IMG/VR virus record: IMGVR_UViG_3300013132_000039 | Span: 1-64,000 of that record | Reading direction: 5' to 3' (one strand) | DNA length: 64,000 nt | From: a virus | Shown: positions 19,301 through 29,819 of the stretch, one piece after another | How the letters are laid out: every line of letters begins with the position of its first letter | Position numbering within the stretch: the first letter of the stretch is position 1 | Notes under the pieces: model-generated | Database searches by the model: none | What the model was told of the DNA's origin: nothing | The model's input: the letters and a program-made list of their open reading frames with translations, nothing else | Program-made: the position numbers and the translations under genes

Positions 19301-21769
19301 GTAATTACATCAGGCGAAGGAACAGGACAATATGGATATATTACTAGCTATGATCCTATTAACAAATTAGCAACAATAAGTAAAGAATCAAGCGGAACTC
19401 CTGGTTGGGACCATGTTGTTCCAGGAACAATTATTAAAACACAGTTAACAACTTCAAGTCGTTATAGAATTGAGCCAAGAGTAGTATTTTCTGATCCAGG
19501 GTTCTCAGTAGCCTCTACTTTAAGTCAAAGTACAACTATTAAAGCTAATGCTATATACGGTGAAACAATTGAAACTTACACTAATAAATTAACTGATGTT
19601 GGACTAGCTACTTTTAATGTAACAAAAACCGGCAGATCTTACTCAGTGGCCTTAACCTTTGGCGGACTAGATTACGAAGAAAATGACATATTAACAATTA
19701 CTGGAGCTAATATTGGAGGAGAAGCTATTGAGCACGACATAACAATTACTGTAACAAGCATTGATACAGGAGGTGTTATAACTGGGTTTACCTATGAAGG
19801 AATTGGAACTAGCGGTAGATTTGTTATGAGCCCAGGTGCAAGCAGTGTAGCTAGCCATAGCTTAGATGGATTAGTATGGTATGACTCTCTACTACCCACA
19901 TCAGGATTTTGGAGAGCATTGGCCTACGGTATGAATAAGTTTGTAACTATTCTTTACGGTTCAAGTACCATGGCTTATTCTTCCGATGGGGTGAATTGGA
20001 CTCAAGGCAGTATGCCTTCTTCTAGAAATTGGGTAAGCTGTGCGTACGGCGATGGAGTGTTTTGTGCTATAGCAAATAACTTAGATACAGCAGCTACAAG
20101 TATAAACGGCATTGGGTGGGTAGCAACAACATTGCCTGACGTAGGTGATAGTGCAACAAATGAATGGGTAGCGATAACTTATGGAAAAGGAAAGTTTGTT
20201 GCTATAGCAAATAGTAGTAATGCTGTTGCTATAGGAACCTGGAACGGAACAACTATGTCCTGGCAAGGCGCCGTAATTGAAGTTCAAGATTCTAGTTTAC
20301 AAAACTGGGCTAGTATTGCTTACGGCAATGGTAAATTCGTTGCTGTTTCTACTACAGGATATGTAACTTATAGTTTTGATGGACTAAATTGGGAAACAAG
20401 CTCTAACGGAATGCCTCAAGACGATACTTTAGAAATGTATTGGGAACGTATTCGCTACGGACAAGGTGTGTTTTTTGCAACCTGCAAAAGTCCTCAACAA
20501 GATGTAACAGCATTTTGCGCAACTTCCTATGACGGTATAAGCTGGACTGGAAGAAGTTTAAATTCAGCACAAAATTGGGGTCCTGTTGCTTTTGGTAATC
20601 CTGATATTAGTTTAGGAGATTCAACTAAATCTAATAACAGAGGAGTATGGGTAGTAGGTACTACAACAGCCAGTAGATCTATTAATAGAATTTTAACAGG
20701 TGCAAGAGCTTTAGGTCGTGTAGTAGTAGAACAAGGTGTCACTAAAGTATTACTATGGGAACCAGGTTCAGGATATGCAATACCACCTACTATATCTTTA
20801 ACTGATCCAAATATTACTTCAAATGCAACATATAGAGTAAGAATAGCTGATAGTGTACTAGCACAACCTACATTCCTTACAAGAGGAAACGGATATCGAA
20901 CAAGCTCAACAACAGTAGCAGTTAGCGGTGATGGTTTCGCAGATATTCTTCCTGTAGGATCTTATATTACAGTAGACGGTCTAACAACTGTTCCAGGACC
21001 TGGAGCACAATTTTATATTGGCGGAAAATCAACTTATTACACTGCCGTAGTAACAGGTATTAATGTTAGTAATATAAATGGTAAGTACAGATCAACATTT
21101 AGAATAACACCAACTATCACCGTGGCAGATTATATTCAAGATGATATGGAAGTTATTGTAAAAGAATTATATAGTCAGGTTAGAATAACGGGACATGATT
21201 TCTTAGATGTTGGAACAGGAAATTTCTTACAAACAAATTATCCAAGTCTGTATGTAAATTATGACTATGACAGAATTCCTTCTAACGAAGTAGGACAGCT
21301 CAATGGAGGTCGTGTTTTTTATGTAAGCACTGACCAAGACGGTAACTTTAGAGCAGGCGATCTATTTGCAGTTGAGCAAGCAACAGGCATTGTTACAATT
21401 AGCGCTGACTTCTTTGACTTAGCAGGACTTACAGAACTAGCTTTAGGTGGAGTGGTCGTGGGTGGAACAGGAACTGTTATTAGAGAATTTAGTACAGATC
21501 CTAAATTTACAGCTAACTCTAATAATATTGTTCCGACTCAAAAAGCTATTATTTCTTACTTACAATCAAGATTAAACATCGGTGGAGAAGATCTGTTAAC
21601 TGCTAGCTTCATTGCTGGAACAGTAAAAGTAGGTCCTGCTGAAATAAGTAACTCAGCTAACTTAACAAATCAAATTCCAGTAATTGCAAATTTTTCAGGC
21701 CCAGGAAGCGCCATACAAGGTTCTATTTTAGCTCAAAGTATGTTTTACGCTTCTTTTAATGTTGGATAA
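16322..21769 (+). CDS. Giant virion structural/fibre protein with CBM5/12-like repeats and propeller-like repeats (paralogue A)
   Basis: 1815 aa. N-terminal repeats of WxxxxxYxxGDVVxYxG, a beta-helix-like core and W..IAYGNGKFVA repeats. Late promoter TATAAATA at 16291-16298. Confidence 0.75.
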   Translation: MAEFKISRLRFRWRGIWNSNTEYFLDDIVFYGGGSWTCVRRHVSTNFYDGQTFLADSADTSPTPAFERMTDGFTFLGDWQSYQDYTAGSIINAGGTLYVCLTDHAGTQYFNQSESNWTIFAIGIRFKGDWQINTRYQKGDVVLYNSNQYRCILEHTSPSIAQGIIAGNNDGNDDSTGETWTLFLENFTYAGSHTPITRYRLNDLVKYGGSIWRCTNEHTSSSIVNQFDSTKFTLYLYGNNFRGDYDQTAYYGVGDVVRYSSYLYVATINVSPLDHSIPGVSSLFPDGNPTWQVQLQGYNFKGDFSTSGTYKKGDVVLRGANLFVSLTDTNQDGSSIDYLDNSNWTLLVPSSTFRGSWDYPVSYDLNDLVVYLGTTYKSNIAHISAINSFPGDNGSGYNYWDVFVQGDVYAGLKKPGDLLTYNLSRDDVGNDGSTIIGDLSSYGPARVKIGEQDQLLVIENDDGDIGYKTWGNINRVFHVRTNGVDDDTDPNRGINYFKPFRTIRYACEKADDGWTGTTTIKVSTGDYYEILPIIIPARTAVVGEELRSARILANEPIAALANDYSYTIACLNRLEFIMSDLLTGTTIIKSVGNTVSQNVSNTGALTVNINKVLSLITDVKTYINYKVGNVGSTVAVYGTNTATTSVSALSAAAALSANKDFLIAEINAFMTSSYPSYVFDQDRCGRDTKRYIEAFIYDVTYPGNYKSVLAARYYSNAVKGSYLEDMFYVRDATGIRNMTMLGLEGTLQANIGLEPYQRPSGGSYVSLDPGWGPDDNRTWILTRSCYVQNCTTFGYAATGQKIDGAIHNGGNKSIVSNDFTQVISDGVGCHVLNGGRAELVSVFTYYSQIGMFSEDGGIIRATNGNSSYGKFGAIADGGDPLEVPQIGKVNTQTEQAIIASAFAGEVNDYIFILEFQNAGQEYTTANYTFTSSGTGATVLQEEFRDNGVFEAQVLTSGAGHIIRGNNAQIGTTTSITLASNDPSTEAEILGCRIVITSGEGTGQYGYITSYDPINKLATISKESSGTPGWDHVVPGTIIKTQLTTSSRYRIEPRVVFSDPGFSVASTLSQSTTIKANAIYGETIETYTNKLTDVGLATFNVTKTGRSYSVALTFGGLDYEENDILTITGANIGGEAIEHDITITVTSIDTGGVITGFTYEGIGTSGRFVMSPGASSVASHSLDGLVWYDSLLPTSGFWRALAYGMNKFVTILYGSSTMAYSSDGVNWTQGSMPSSRNWVSCAYGDGVFCAIANNLDTAATSINGIGWVATTLPDVGDSATNEWVAITYGKGKFVAIANSSNAVAIGTWNGTTMSWQGAVIEVQDSSLQNWASIAYGNGKFVAVSTTGYVTYSFDGLNWETSSNGMPQDDTLEMYWERIRYGQGVFFATCKSPQQDVTAFCATSYDGISWTGRSLNSAQNWGPVAFGNPDISLGDSTKSNNRGVWVVGTTTASRSINRILTGARALGRVVVEQGVTKVLLWEPGSGYAIPPTISLTDPNITSNATYRVRIADSVLAQPTFLTRGNGYRTSSTTVAVSGDGFADILPVGSYITVDGLTTVPGPGAQFYIGGKSTYYTAVVTGINVSNINGKYRSTFRITPTITVADYIQDDMEVIVKELYSQVRITGHDFLDVGTGNFLQTNYPSLYVNYDYDRIPSNEVGQLNGGRVFYVSTDQDGNFRAGDLFAVEQATGIVTISADFFDLAGLTELALGGVVVGGTGTVIREFSTDPKFTANSNNIVPTQKAIISYLQSRLNIGGEDLLTASFIAGTVKVGPAEISNSANLTNQIPVIANFSGPGSAIQGSILAQSMFYASFNVG

Positions 21770-21805
21770 AAAATAAATATTATAAAATAGAATCTCGGAG
21801 TTAAT

Positions 21806-24800
21806 ATGGCAGAGTTTAAACTTGGTAGACTAAAATTTGTTTGGAAAGGTACCTGGACAACAGCTACAGCGTATGTAAAAGACGACGTTGTAAGATATGG
21901 TAATAGTACCTATATTTGCACCATAGGGCATACCTCTGCTGCAAGCATTAATACAGACATTAATGTTTCTCCAAGCAGATGGAATAAAATGAGTGAAGGA
22001 CAAACCTGGAGAGGGGATTGGACGACATCTACAGTTTATTATGCAGGTGAAATTGTAAAATATGGCGGAAACTTATACACCTGTTTTAACGGTCATACTA
22101 GTGCAGCCACAGCTTCTCTTGGACTGGAGCAAAATACCGCTGACTGGTCCGTATATCTATCGGGCATTGATTATAAAGGTGACTGGTCAACAAGCACACG
22201 TTATAAATTAAATGATGTTGTTCAGTATGGAGCTACAAGTTATATTTGCCTAACATACCATACCAGTGCAGCTACAGCAACACTAGGATTAGAACAAGAT
22301 CAATCTAAATGGGATGTTTATACTACTAGCGTAGACTATAAAGGTACCTGGGCAGCAACAACTAGATATAAAGCCAATGATATTGTAAAATACGGGGCCG
22401 GTTTATGGATTTGTATTGCAGCACATAGCTCAGGATCAAATTTTGGAGCTGATACAGCTTATTGGGAACAATTTGTAGAAGGTTTTGAATACGAATCAGA
22501 CTGGTCGAATTCCACTGTTTATCAGCCAGGTGATGTTGTTAGATATGGTGGTAATCAATATATAGCTAAAACTGTTCATAGTGCTAGTAACCCTATAACA
22601 GGAACATCTAATTGGGACTTATTCAGCGAAAATTTTAAATTTCAATCAACTTGGAGCATTACAACTTCATATAAAATTGGAGAAATAATTAAAGTTGGTG
22701 GAAATTTATTTATTGCCAATACTGATGCACCAAGCGTTCAAACAACCTTACAAAGTACAAGTAGTGTAACAAATTATTTTCAAGCAGTTAGCACTACTGG
22801 CATGGAAGCCGGTATGGTAATTCGTTTTACAGGATCTGCTTTTGGTAATGTTAATATCAGTGGAACATATTATGTTAAGCAGGTAATAAATGCTACACAG
22901 TTTACAATTAGCACAACTCCTGGAGGAACAACATTCGCTCCAACAACTGCTAGTAGCTTATCAAATACAGTTACCTTTAGCCCTAAGCCACCTAATGCTA
23001 CTTACTGGACTGCCTTAAGTGAAGGCCTTAACTGGAGAGGAACCTGGGCTGATGATACAGAGTATGCTCAAAATGATCTTGTTCGATATGGAGCTAACAC
23101 TTATATTTGTAAACTAGCACATAGGTCAGAAGGAGATGACGGGTCTACAGTGGGTGCAACTGGCGGCGGACAGGTGTTAAGCAGACCTGATCAAGACGCA
23201 ACTTCTACATATTGGGATCTGTTTAATGTAGGAACAGAAACCAGTGTAATGACCACTAAAGGCGATATGGTTTATTATGGCACTTCTGGTCCTGTTAGAT
23301 TACCAGTAGGAACAGAAGGTCAGGTTTTACGTGTCTCATCAAGCTCAACACCAGAATGGGTAAGCTGGGGACAAACAGATAATGTTTATTATGTGGCAAC
23401 GAACGGACAAGACTTACCATTTCCAACATATGGCGGAACTATTGATAAACCTTGGAAAACAGTAAGATACGCAGCACAGCAAATCGAACGCGGCTGTATG
23501 AATCCTAATGCCAAACGTTTGTTAGAAATGAATAGAATTTTTATCCAAAAAGAAGTATGTGAGTGGATAGAATATCAAGTAACAAACAATATTAGTCCGT
23601 TTACAACTGGATTTACTTTTGCAAGAGATAGATGTGAACGAGACATTGGATGGGTGATAGACGGGTTGGTATACGACATTACACACGGAGGTAATGTTCG
23701 TAGCAGAGGAGCAGCACTAGCCTATGTAAATGCTCTTTACCCTGGAGAAAATGGAACTTACACAAGACTAGCAGCTGAAAGGTTGCAAGATATAGCTTGC
23801 TATGATTACATGATTACTTTAATACAAAAAGTATTAACCAATCAAGCTCCTACTGTTAATTACCAAGTAACAAATGGAGATAATTCTACAGCTATTGTCA
23901 GTCAGTATATTGACACTACCTACACAGCAGAAACAGGTGTCTATAGTAACATTGTAAGTTTGGTTGGCATTATTAATACTGCATTACTTGATCAATCTAC
24001 TGCTAATATTACTGAAAGAAATCCTGCTAATAATACTATCAATGTAAGAACAGGTGAATACTACGAAACACTTCCTATCATAGTTCCAGAAAGTACAGTA
24101 GTAATTGGAGATGAGTTAAGGTCGACTAGAGTAAGTCCAGCAGGCAGTCTAATAAATTTAAGTGATGTTTCTTATACTCTTAATACAATGAGTAGGCTTA
24201 GAACTGTAGTAGGACAAATTGTTCAAGGAACTAATGTTACAGAAAGTTCTGGAAATACCGCTACTCAAAGCAGTTCTTGGCCATTAGCTCCTGCTTCTAC
24301 TGCTGTAGAAGTAGAAAAGTTAGTAGGCGTTATGCAACATAAGATTGACACTATTGCTAATACAGCTCATATGAGAAGTTATACATTACCTTATCTTTAT
24401 AATAGTGTTAGTTATTTGCAAGGCTACGGAGATGCAAGACAACTTATTATAGAAAATAAAGAATTTATCAAAGAGGAAATTGCTAAATTCACAGATGTAA
24501 ATTACCCAAGTGTGAAATATTCAAGGACAAAGTGTAAAAGAGATGTTGGATATATTGTAGATGCCTTAGTATATGACCTTACATATACCGGAAATACTCA
24601 AAGCTTAAATGCTGGATTAGCCTATTTCGATGGTCCAGGAAGCACTTTGTTAATTGACTCCACAGAATTAGCTGCAACAATTGCTGCATATACACGTCTA
24701 AAAACTGTATTACAACAGGTAGTTCAAAACATTGCAGTAACAGCAAGCACAGGAAATGCTAAAGTGCAATTTAGAGATAGCACTAATTTTCCTAATGGCG

Positions 24801-27800
24801 GAAATACAACAGGATTTATAGGTAATTGTATCGATATAATTACAGGAATCCTAACAGCTAATTCTACTACTGGTCGTCCAAACTTTACAGTAATAAGCAT
24901 TACAGGAAATAATACCTTTAATACAGCAGCAGCTCACGGGCTTGCAGCAGGTGATTTAGTTATTCCTAGAACCACAGCTAATGGTGTTACAGCTGACACA
25001 CGATACTATGTTTTAACAACAACAACAACGTCATTTACTGTGGCACTTTCATATGGCGGGTCTGGTGTAGGAGCTTTAACTAATGGAACAGGATTAACAA
25101 TTGTTTTTGATTGGGAAGATCGTCCAGTAATTAACAATAATAATGTTCTTAGTGCAGGACTAACTACAGCATATACAGCATTAAGTGCTGCTGTAGGAAC
25201 AATAGTTACCAATATGAGCAATTATATAACTGGTAAGTATCCAAGTCTAACTTATAACACTGCCAAATGTAATCGCGATGTAAGAATTATTTTAGATGCA
25301 GTAGGATATGATTTTCAATTTAATACAAATGTACAAACTGTAGCTGCCGCATATTCATATCTAAGAAGCAGTGCAAGTGATGTGTTTAGCTTAGGACAAA
25401 AAACCGCTACAAGAGATGCATTCCAATACGTTAAAGGACAAGCTAAATCGAATGTCGCTGGGGATTCTACTGCACAAAGCAGAATAGAAACACTAATGAA
25501 TACGCTAGACGAAATTGTATTTGGTGCTACTACAGAGGGATTAACCTGCGGTCAAAGCGATCCTAATTTTGATTATGCTATATTACAGTTAGAAAGAAAT
25601 AGAGATTATATTGTAAGTGAAATTACTGCCTATATGGATAGTACTTATAGCGTAACAGTTAGTTCTTATAGCTCATCAACTGGATTGTTTACCTTAGGAG
25701 GTAACGGATCTTGGTTAAAGCGTAATGCGGCTATTAAATTTACAGGAACTGCTTTCTCCGGAGTTACAACAAATACAACTTATTATGTTTATAGTGTTGT
25801 GAATAATAATAATGAGTTTGCTATAGCGACAACAAGAGATGCGACAGCACCATTAACAGGTTCATTGACAACAGGATCTGGTTCGATGACACTAAAGTTA
25901 GTGTTTAATACAACACTTTGTTTAAGAGATGTTAATGAAATGCTTGATGCATTGAAATTCGATCTTCGTTACACTGGCAATTATAAATCTATTTTAGCAG
26001 CGAGATACTATGCTAATGCTGTACGAGGTAGTGCAGAAGAAGATATGTATTATCTAAGAAACGAAACAGGTCTCAGAAATCAAACTATGTTTGGACTAAA
26101 TGGAGATTTGCTAGCACCTAACGCATACGGAACAAGCCGTGTAAGTGCAGGAGCATATGCTAGCTTAGATCCTGGAGCTGGACCACACGATTATCATTCT
26201 TGGATCATAAGCAGAAGTCCTTATATTCAAAACTGTACAACATTTGGTTATGCAGCTATTGGTCAAAAGATTGATGGAGCTTTACATAACGGCGGCAATG
26301 ATAGTATGGTATCTAATGACTTTACTCAGGTTATTAGTGACGGTATAGGATGCTGGGTAACAAATAATGCTAGAGCAGAACTTGTTAGTGTGTTTACCTA
26401 CTATTCACACGTTGGATATTTGTCTGAAAATGGCGGAAGAATTAGAGGAACAAATGGTAACAATAGTTACGGAGACTTTGGTTCTGTAGCTGAAGGGTTT
26501 GACGCAACAGAAACAGCTATAACAGCCGTAGTTGATAATAGAAAATTTACAGCAGATGTTGGATCGGTCCTTACAGATGGTATCAATCAACTGTGGCAAT
26601 ATGAATTTACTAATGCAGGCACAGATTATACATATGCAACATGGTCAATAGGTGGTGCAGGCGCTGGTATAGCAGTAGAGCAAGATGAATTTAGAGACGA
26701 TGGTGTCTTCCAAGTTCGACTATTAGATAACGTGGATGATAGCACAAATGCTCCTGAAGTTGCAGGGAATTTTGGCGGATTTGGATATTTAAGTAATGCA
26801 AATACTGCTCAAGGTGGTACTACAACTAATATAACAATAGCCGCAACAGATTCAGAAGTTAGTAGTGCTTATGTAGGAATGAAAATATTATTAACAGCTG
26901 GATCAGGAGCAGGACAATATGGTATTATTAGTGTTTATAGCTCAGGATTAAAGTTAGCGACAATAATAAAAGAAAGTACTGGAACATCAGGTTGGGATCA
27001 TGTTGTACCTGGGACTACTATAGTAGCACCAGATGCATCAACTACCTATGTTATAGAACCAGCATTGTCATTTACATCTCCTACATTTAGCTCAACAGCT
27101 AGAACTTTAGCTACTAGTTTAACTTATGTTACAGTAGACTGGGCTCCAACAACTGCGTATTATAGTGCAGTAGCGGCTACTGGAGGCAGTGGCGCTGGAG
27201 CAACTTTTAATGTAATTAGAAGAGGTCCTAAATACCTAGTTGTTATTCAGCAAAGTGCAGGTTCAAATTATGCTATAGGAAACACACTTACTATTGCTGG
27301 CACAAACTTAGGAGGCGCTAGTCCTGCTAACAATTTAACTATAACTGTTACCAGCGTAAATACTAGTTCCGGAGCAATCACTCAATTTGAATTCAATGGA
27401 ACTGGACAGGGTGGGTATTTTGTAGCGTTAGCTTCAGGAACGCAAAATCTTAATACTAGCTTAGATGGTATAACCTGGGCAAGCCCCGGTGCAACAGCTT
27501 TACCTAGTGCTAGCAATTGGTCAACAGCAGTAAGTGGAGATATTACAGTATCTGAGACAGCTGGTTCATTTGTAAATGGAAGATTGTATCAAATTATTAG
27601 TGTTGGAAATACTATATGGACAAACATTGGTGCAGCTAATAGCTTGGTAGGAACTTATTTTGTTTATAATAATTACTCAGGCGCAGGATATACTGGAAGT
27701 ACTGGAACAGCTAAACCTATAGCTACAAGTTTAGTAGCAGTATCTGATAGCACAACAGTAAATGCTTACAGCTTAAACGGTGGACAAACCTGGACAGCAG

Positions 27801-29482
27801 GTGGTGCATTACCCGCAGCTTTTGCTTCTGGTAATGCAGGAACATATGTTGCTTATGGACTACAAAGTGGTAATGGAAGATGGGTAGTTATTCGTAATGG
27901 TATAACTGGATCAGGATTCAGCACTAATGGTGGTATCACTTGGACTTCAGGAGGAGCTCTTCCTTCAGCAGCAGCTTGGACTGGTTTAGCCTATGGTAAA
28001 GGTAAATTTGTGGCTGTTTCATCAGGCGGAAATAGTGCTGCCTATTCTACAGATGGTGGTGCAACCTGGACTGCTGCAACATTACCTAGCTCAAGTAATT
28101 GGATAAGCGTAGCTTATGGTAATAACAGATTTGTTGCTGTTTCTGCAACAACTGGAACAGCAGCAGCCTACAGCCTAGATGGTATAACCTGGGTGGCAAG
28201 TACACTGCCTGCCAGCGCTACTTGGACAAGTATAAATTACGGGCAAGGAGTATTCTTAGCAGTAAGCCAAAGTACTCAAGCAGCTTCAAGTGAGGATGGA
28301 GTATTGTGGACATCCAGAACAATGAGCACCGCAGCTAATGGATTTAGTGGTAGTGCTTTCGGAAATCCAAATAAAACTGGAGTTTGGGTAAGTGTACAAA
28401 GAAGTACTGCTGGAACTGTTGCTAGTAGCAGCAATCTTGGAGCAACAACAAAAGCAAGAGCTTATGTAGCTAATAAGAAGATATATGCTGTTCGTATAAC
28501 AGAACCTGGTTCTGGATACGCAAGTGCTCCAACAATGACAATTACTGATCCTAATAACACTTATGAAGCTCCGTTTACAGTAAGAATAGGTAAAGGCGCA
28601 CTAGCTAATCCAAGCTTTAGAAATAGAGGTACTGCTTATGCTTCTGCTACAGCTCAAGTAGATACTGGAGATGGTTACGGAGATAACTTCCAATCTGGTG
28701 CATATGTTGCTGTAAAAAGATTAACAGCAGTGCCAGCAGCAGGCGCAAACGTTGTACTATCAAGCCAGCCAAACTTTGTCTACAAGCTTGTTCAGGTATT
28801 AAGCCAAAGTGGTTCAGAATCTGGATCAATTGGGGCATTTTTACAAATAAGTCCAGACTTATCCTTATATAATGCTCCTAATCATGAAGTTGCTGTAACT
28901 ACTAGAATACGCTATAGTCAGGTTCGATTAACAGGACACGATTTCTTAGATATTGGAACTGGTAACTTTGATGAAACTAATTATCCAGGAGGAATACCGG
29001 ACAACACTCCAAGTCAAGCTAAAGAAACAGTGGATAATAATGGCGGTCGTGTATTTTATACTAGTACTGACCAAGATGGTAATTTTAGGGTTGGGGAGCT
29101 ATTTACAATTGAACAAAGCACTGGTATTGCTACATTAAATGCTGATGCGTTTAATATTGCAGGACTAGCAGAACTTACACTTGGATCAGTTACACTTGGT
29201 GGTAGCAGTGCAACTATTGTTGAATTTAGTACAGATCCATTCTTTACTGCTAACAGTGATCAAATTGTACCAACACAACGAGCAATTAGAACATATATTG
29301 CTTCGCAAATTGGTGGCGGTGGTGCGTCATTAAATGTAAATAGTGTAGTAGCTGGATTTATTGAAATTTCGAACAACCAGATAACAACTACTTCTGGGGC
29401 ACCAATTCAGATGAAGGCTAATTTTAACTTTTCAGCTGGTGTAACAGGATACCCATTAGCTTGGAATTACTTTTTATTATAA
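21806..29482 (+). CDS. Giant virion structural/fibre protein (paralogue B)
   Basis: 2558 aa with the same architecture as 16322-21769 (MAEFKxxRL start, SNDFTQVISDG, TGHDFLD, STDQDGNFR). Confidence 0.75.
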   Translation: MAEFKLGRLKFVWKGTWTTATAYVKDDVVRYGNSTYICTIGHTSAASINTDINVSPSRWNKMSEGQTWRGDWTTSTVYYAGEIVKYGGNLYTCFNGHTSAATASLGLEQNTADWSVYLSGIDYKGDWSTSTRYKLNDVVQYGATSYICLTYHTSAATATLGLEQDQSKWDVYTTSVDYKGTWAATTRYKANDIVKYGAGLWICIAAHSSGSNFGADTAYWEQFVEGFEYESDWSNSTVYQPGDVVRYGGNQYIAKTVHSASNPITGTSNWDLFSENFKFQSTWSITTSYKIGEIIKVGGNLFIANTDAPSVQTTLQSTSSVTNYFQAVSTTGMEAGMVIRFTGSAFGNVNISGTYYVKQVINATQFTISTTPGGTTFAPTTASSLSNTVTFSPKPPNATYWTALSEGLNWRGTWADDTEYAQNDLVRYGANTYICKLAHRSEGDDGSTVGATGGGQVLSRPDQDATSTYWDLFNVGTETSVMTTKGDMVYYGTSGPVRLPVGTEGQVLRVSSSSTPEWVSWGQTDNVYYVATNGQDLPFPTYGGTIDKPWKTVRYAAQQIERGCMNPNAKRLLEMNRIFIQKEVCEWIEYQVTNNISPFTTGFTFARDRCERDIGWVIDGLVYDITHGGNVRSRGAALAYVNALYPGENGTYTRLAAERLQDIACYDYMITLIQKVLTNQAPTVNYQVTNGDNSTAIVSQYIDTTYTAETGVYSNIVSLVGIINTALLDQSTANITERNPANNTINVRTGEYYETLPIIVPESTVVIGDELRSTRVSPAGSLINLSDVSYTLNTMSRLRTVVGQIVQGTNVTESSGNTATQSSSWPLAPASTAVEVEKLVGVMQHKIDTIANTAHMRSYTLPYLYNSVSYLQGYGDARQLIIENKEFIKEEIAKFTDVNYPSVKYSRTKCKRDVGYIVDALVYDLTYTGNTQSLNAGLAYFDGPGSTLLIDSTELAATIAAYTRLKTVLQQVVQNIAVTASTGNAKVQFRDSTNFPNGGNTTGFIGNCIDIITGILTANSTTGRPNFTVISITGNNTFNTAAAHGLAAGDLVIPRTTANGVTADTRYYVLTTTTTSFTVALSYGGSGVGALTNGTGLTIVFDWEDRPVINNNNVLSAGLTTAYTALSAAVGTIVTNMSNYITGKYPSLTYNTAKCNRDVRIILDAVGYDFQFNTNVQTVAAAYSYLRSSASDVFSLGQKTATRDAFQYVKGQAKSNVAGDSTAQSRIETLMNTLDEIVFGATTEGLTCGQSDPNFDYAILQLERNRDYIVSEITAYMDSTYSVTVSSYSSSTGLFTLGGNGSWLKRNAAIKFTGTAFSGVTTNTTYYVYSVVNNNNEFAIATTRDATAPLTGSLTTGSGSMTLKLVFNTTLCLRDVNEMLDALKFDLRYTGNYKSILAARYYANAVRGSAEEDMYYLRNETGLRNQTMFGLNGDLLAPNAYGTSRVSAGAYASLDPGAGPHDYHSWIISRSPYIQNCTTFGYAAIGQKIDGALHNGGNDSMVSNDFTQVISDGIGCWVTNNARAELVSVFTYYSHVGYLSENGGRIRGTNGNNSYGDFGSVAEGFDATETAITAVVDNRKFTADVGSVLTDGINQLWQYEFTNAGTDYTYATWSIGGAGAGIAVEQDEFRDDGVFQVRLLDNVDDSTNAPEVAGNFGGFGYLSNANTAQGGTTTNITIAATDSEVSSAYVGMKILLTAGSGAGQYGIISVYSSGLKLATIIKESTGTSGWDHVVPGTTIVAPDASTTYVIEPALSFTSPTFSSTARTLATSLTYVTVDWAPTTAYYSAVAATGGSGAGATFNVIRRGPKYLVVIQQSAGSNYAIGNTLTIAGTNLGGASPANNLTITVTSVNTSSGAITQFEFNGTGQGGYFVALASGTQNLNTSLDGITWASPGATALPSASNWSTAVSGDITVSETAGSFVNGRLYQIISVGNTIWTNIGAANSLVGTYFVYNNYSGAGYTGSTGTAKPIATSLVAVSDSTTVNAYSLNGGQTWTAGGALPAAFASGNAGTYVAYGLQSGNGRWVVIRNGITGSGFSTNGGITWTSGGALPSAAAWTGLAYGKGKFVAVSSGGNSAAYSTDGGATWTAATLPSSSNWISVAYGNNRFVAVSATTGTAAAYSLDGITWVASTLPASATWTSINYGQGVFLAVSQSTQAASSEDGVLWTSRTMSTAANGFSGSAFGNPNKTGVWVSVQRSTAGTVASSSNLGATTKARAYVANKKIYAVRITEPGSGYASAPTMTITDPNNTYEAPFTVRIGKGALANPSFRNRGTAYASATAQVDTGDGYGDNFQSGAYVAVKRLTAVPAAGANVVLSSQPNFVYKLVQVLSQSGSESGSIGAFLQISPDLSLYNAPNHEVAVTTRIRYSQVRLTGHDFLDIGTGNFDETNYPGGIPDNTPSQAKETVDNNGGRVFYTSTDQDGNFRVGELFTIEQSTGIATLNADAFNIAGLAELTLGSVTLGGSSATIVEFSTDPFFTANSDQIVPTQRAIRTYIASQIGGGGASLNVNSVVAGFIEISNNQITTTSGAPIQMKANFNFSAGVTGYPLAWNYFLL

Positions 29483-29496
29483 TGGAGAATTAAAAC

Positions 29497-29814
29497 ATGG
29501 CAACAGGAAGACTAGGAGCTTCAGATTTATCAGCTACTACTAATACTACTGTATATCAGTGCCCTGCAAGTAATTTTGCAGTAGTTACTTTATCAGTGTG
29601 TAATAGGACAGCAAGCACTATTACTTGTAGAGTAGCATTATCTACAAGTGCAAGCCCTGCACTTGCAGACTATTTAGAATACGGTGTAAGCATTTTAGCA
29701 AATGGTGTATTAGAAAGAACAGGTATTGTAATGGCAGCTAATCAATACTTAATTGTATATTCTAGTGCAAGCAGTGTTAGTGCAGTTGTATTTGGAATTG
29801 AAACAGCGACCTAA
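29497..29814 (+). CDS. Small virion protein
   Basis: 105 aa; SVCNR...LERTGIVM; SD GGAG. Confidence 0.65.
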   Translation: MATGRLGASDLSATTNTTVYQCPASNFAVVTLSVCNRTASTITCRVALSTSASPALADYLEYGVSILANGVLERTGIVMAANQYLIVYSSASSVSAVVFGIETAT

Positions 29815-29819
29815 TTAAT

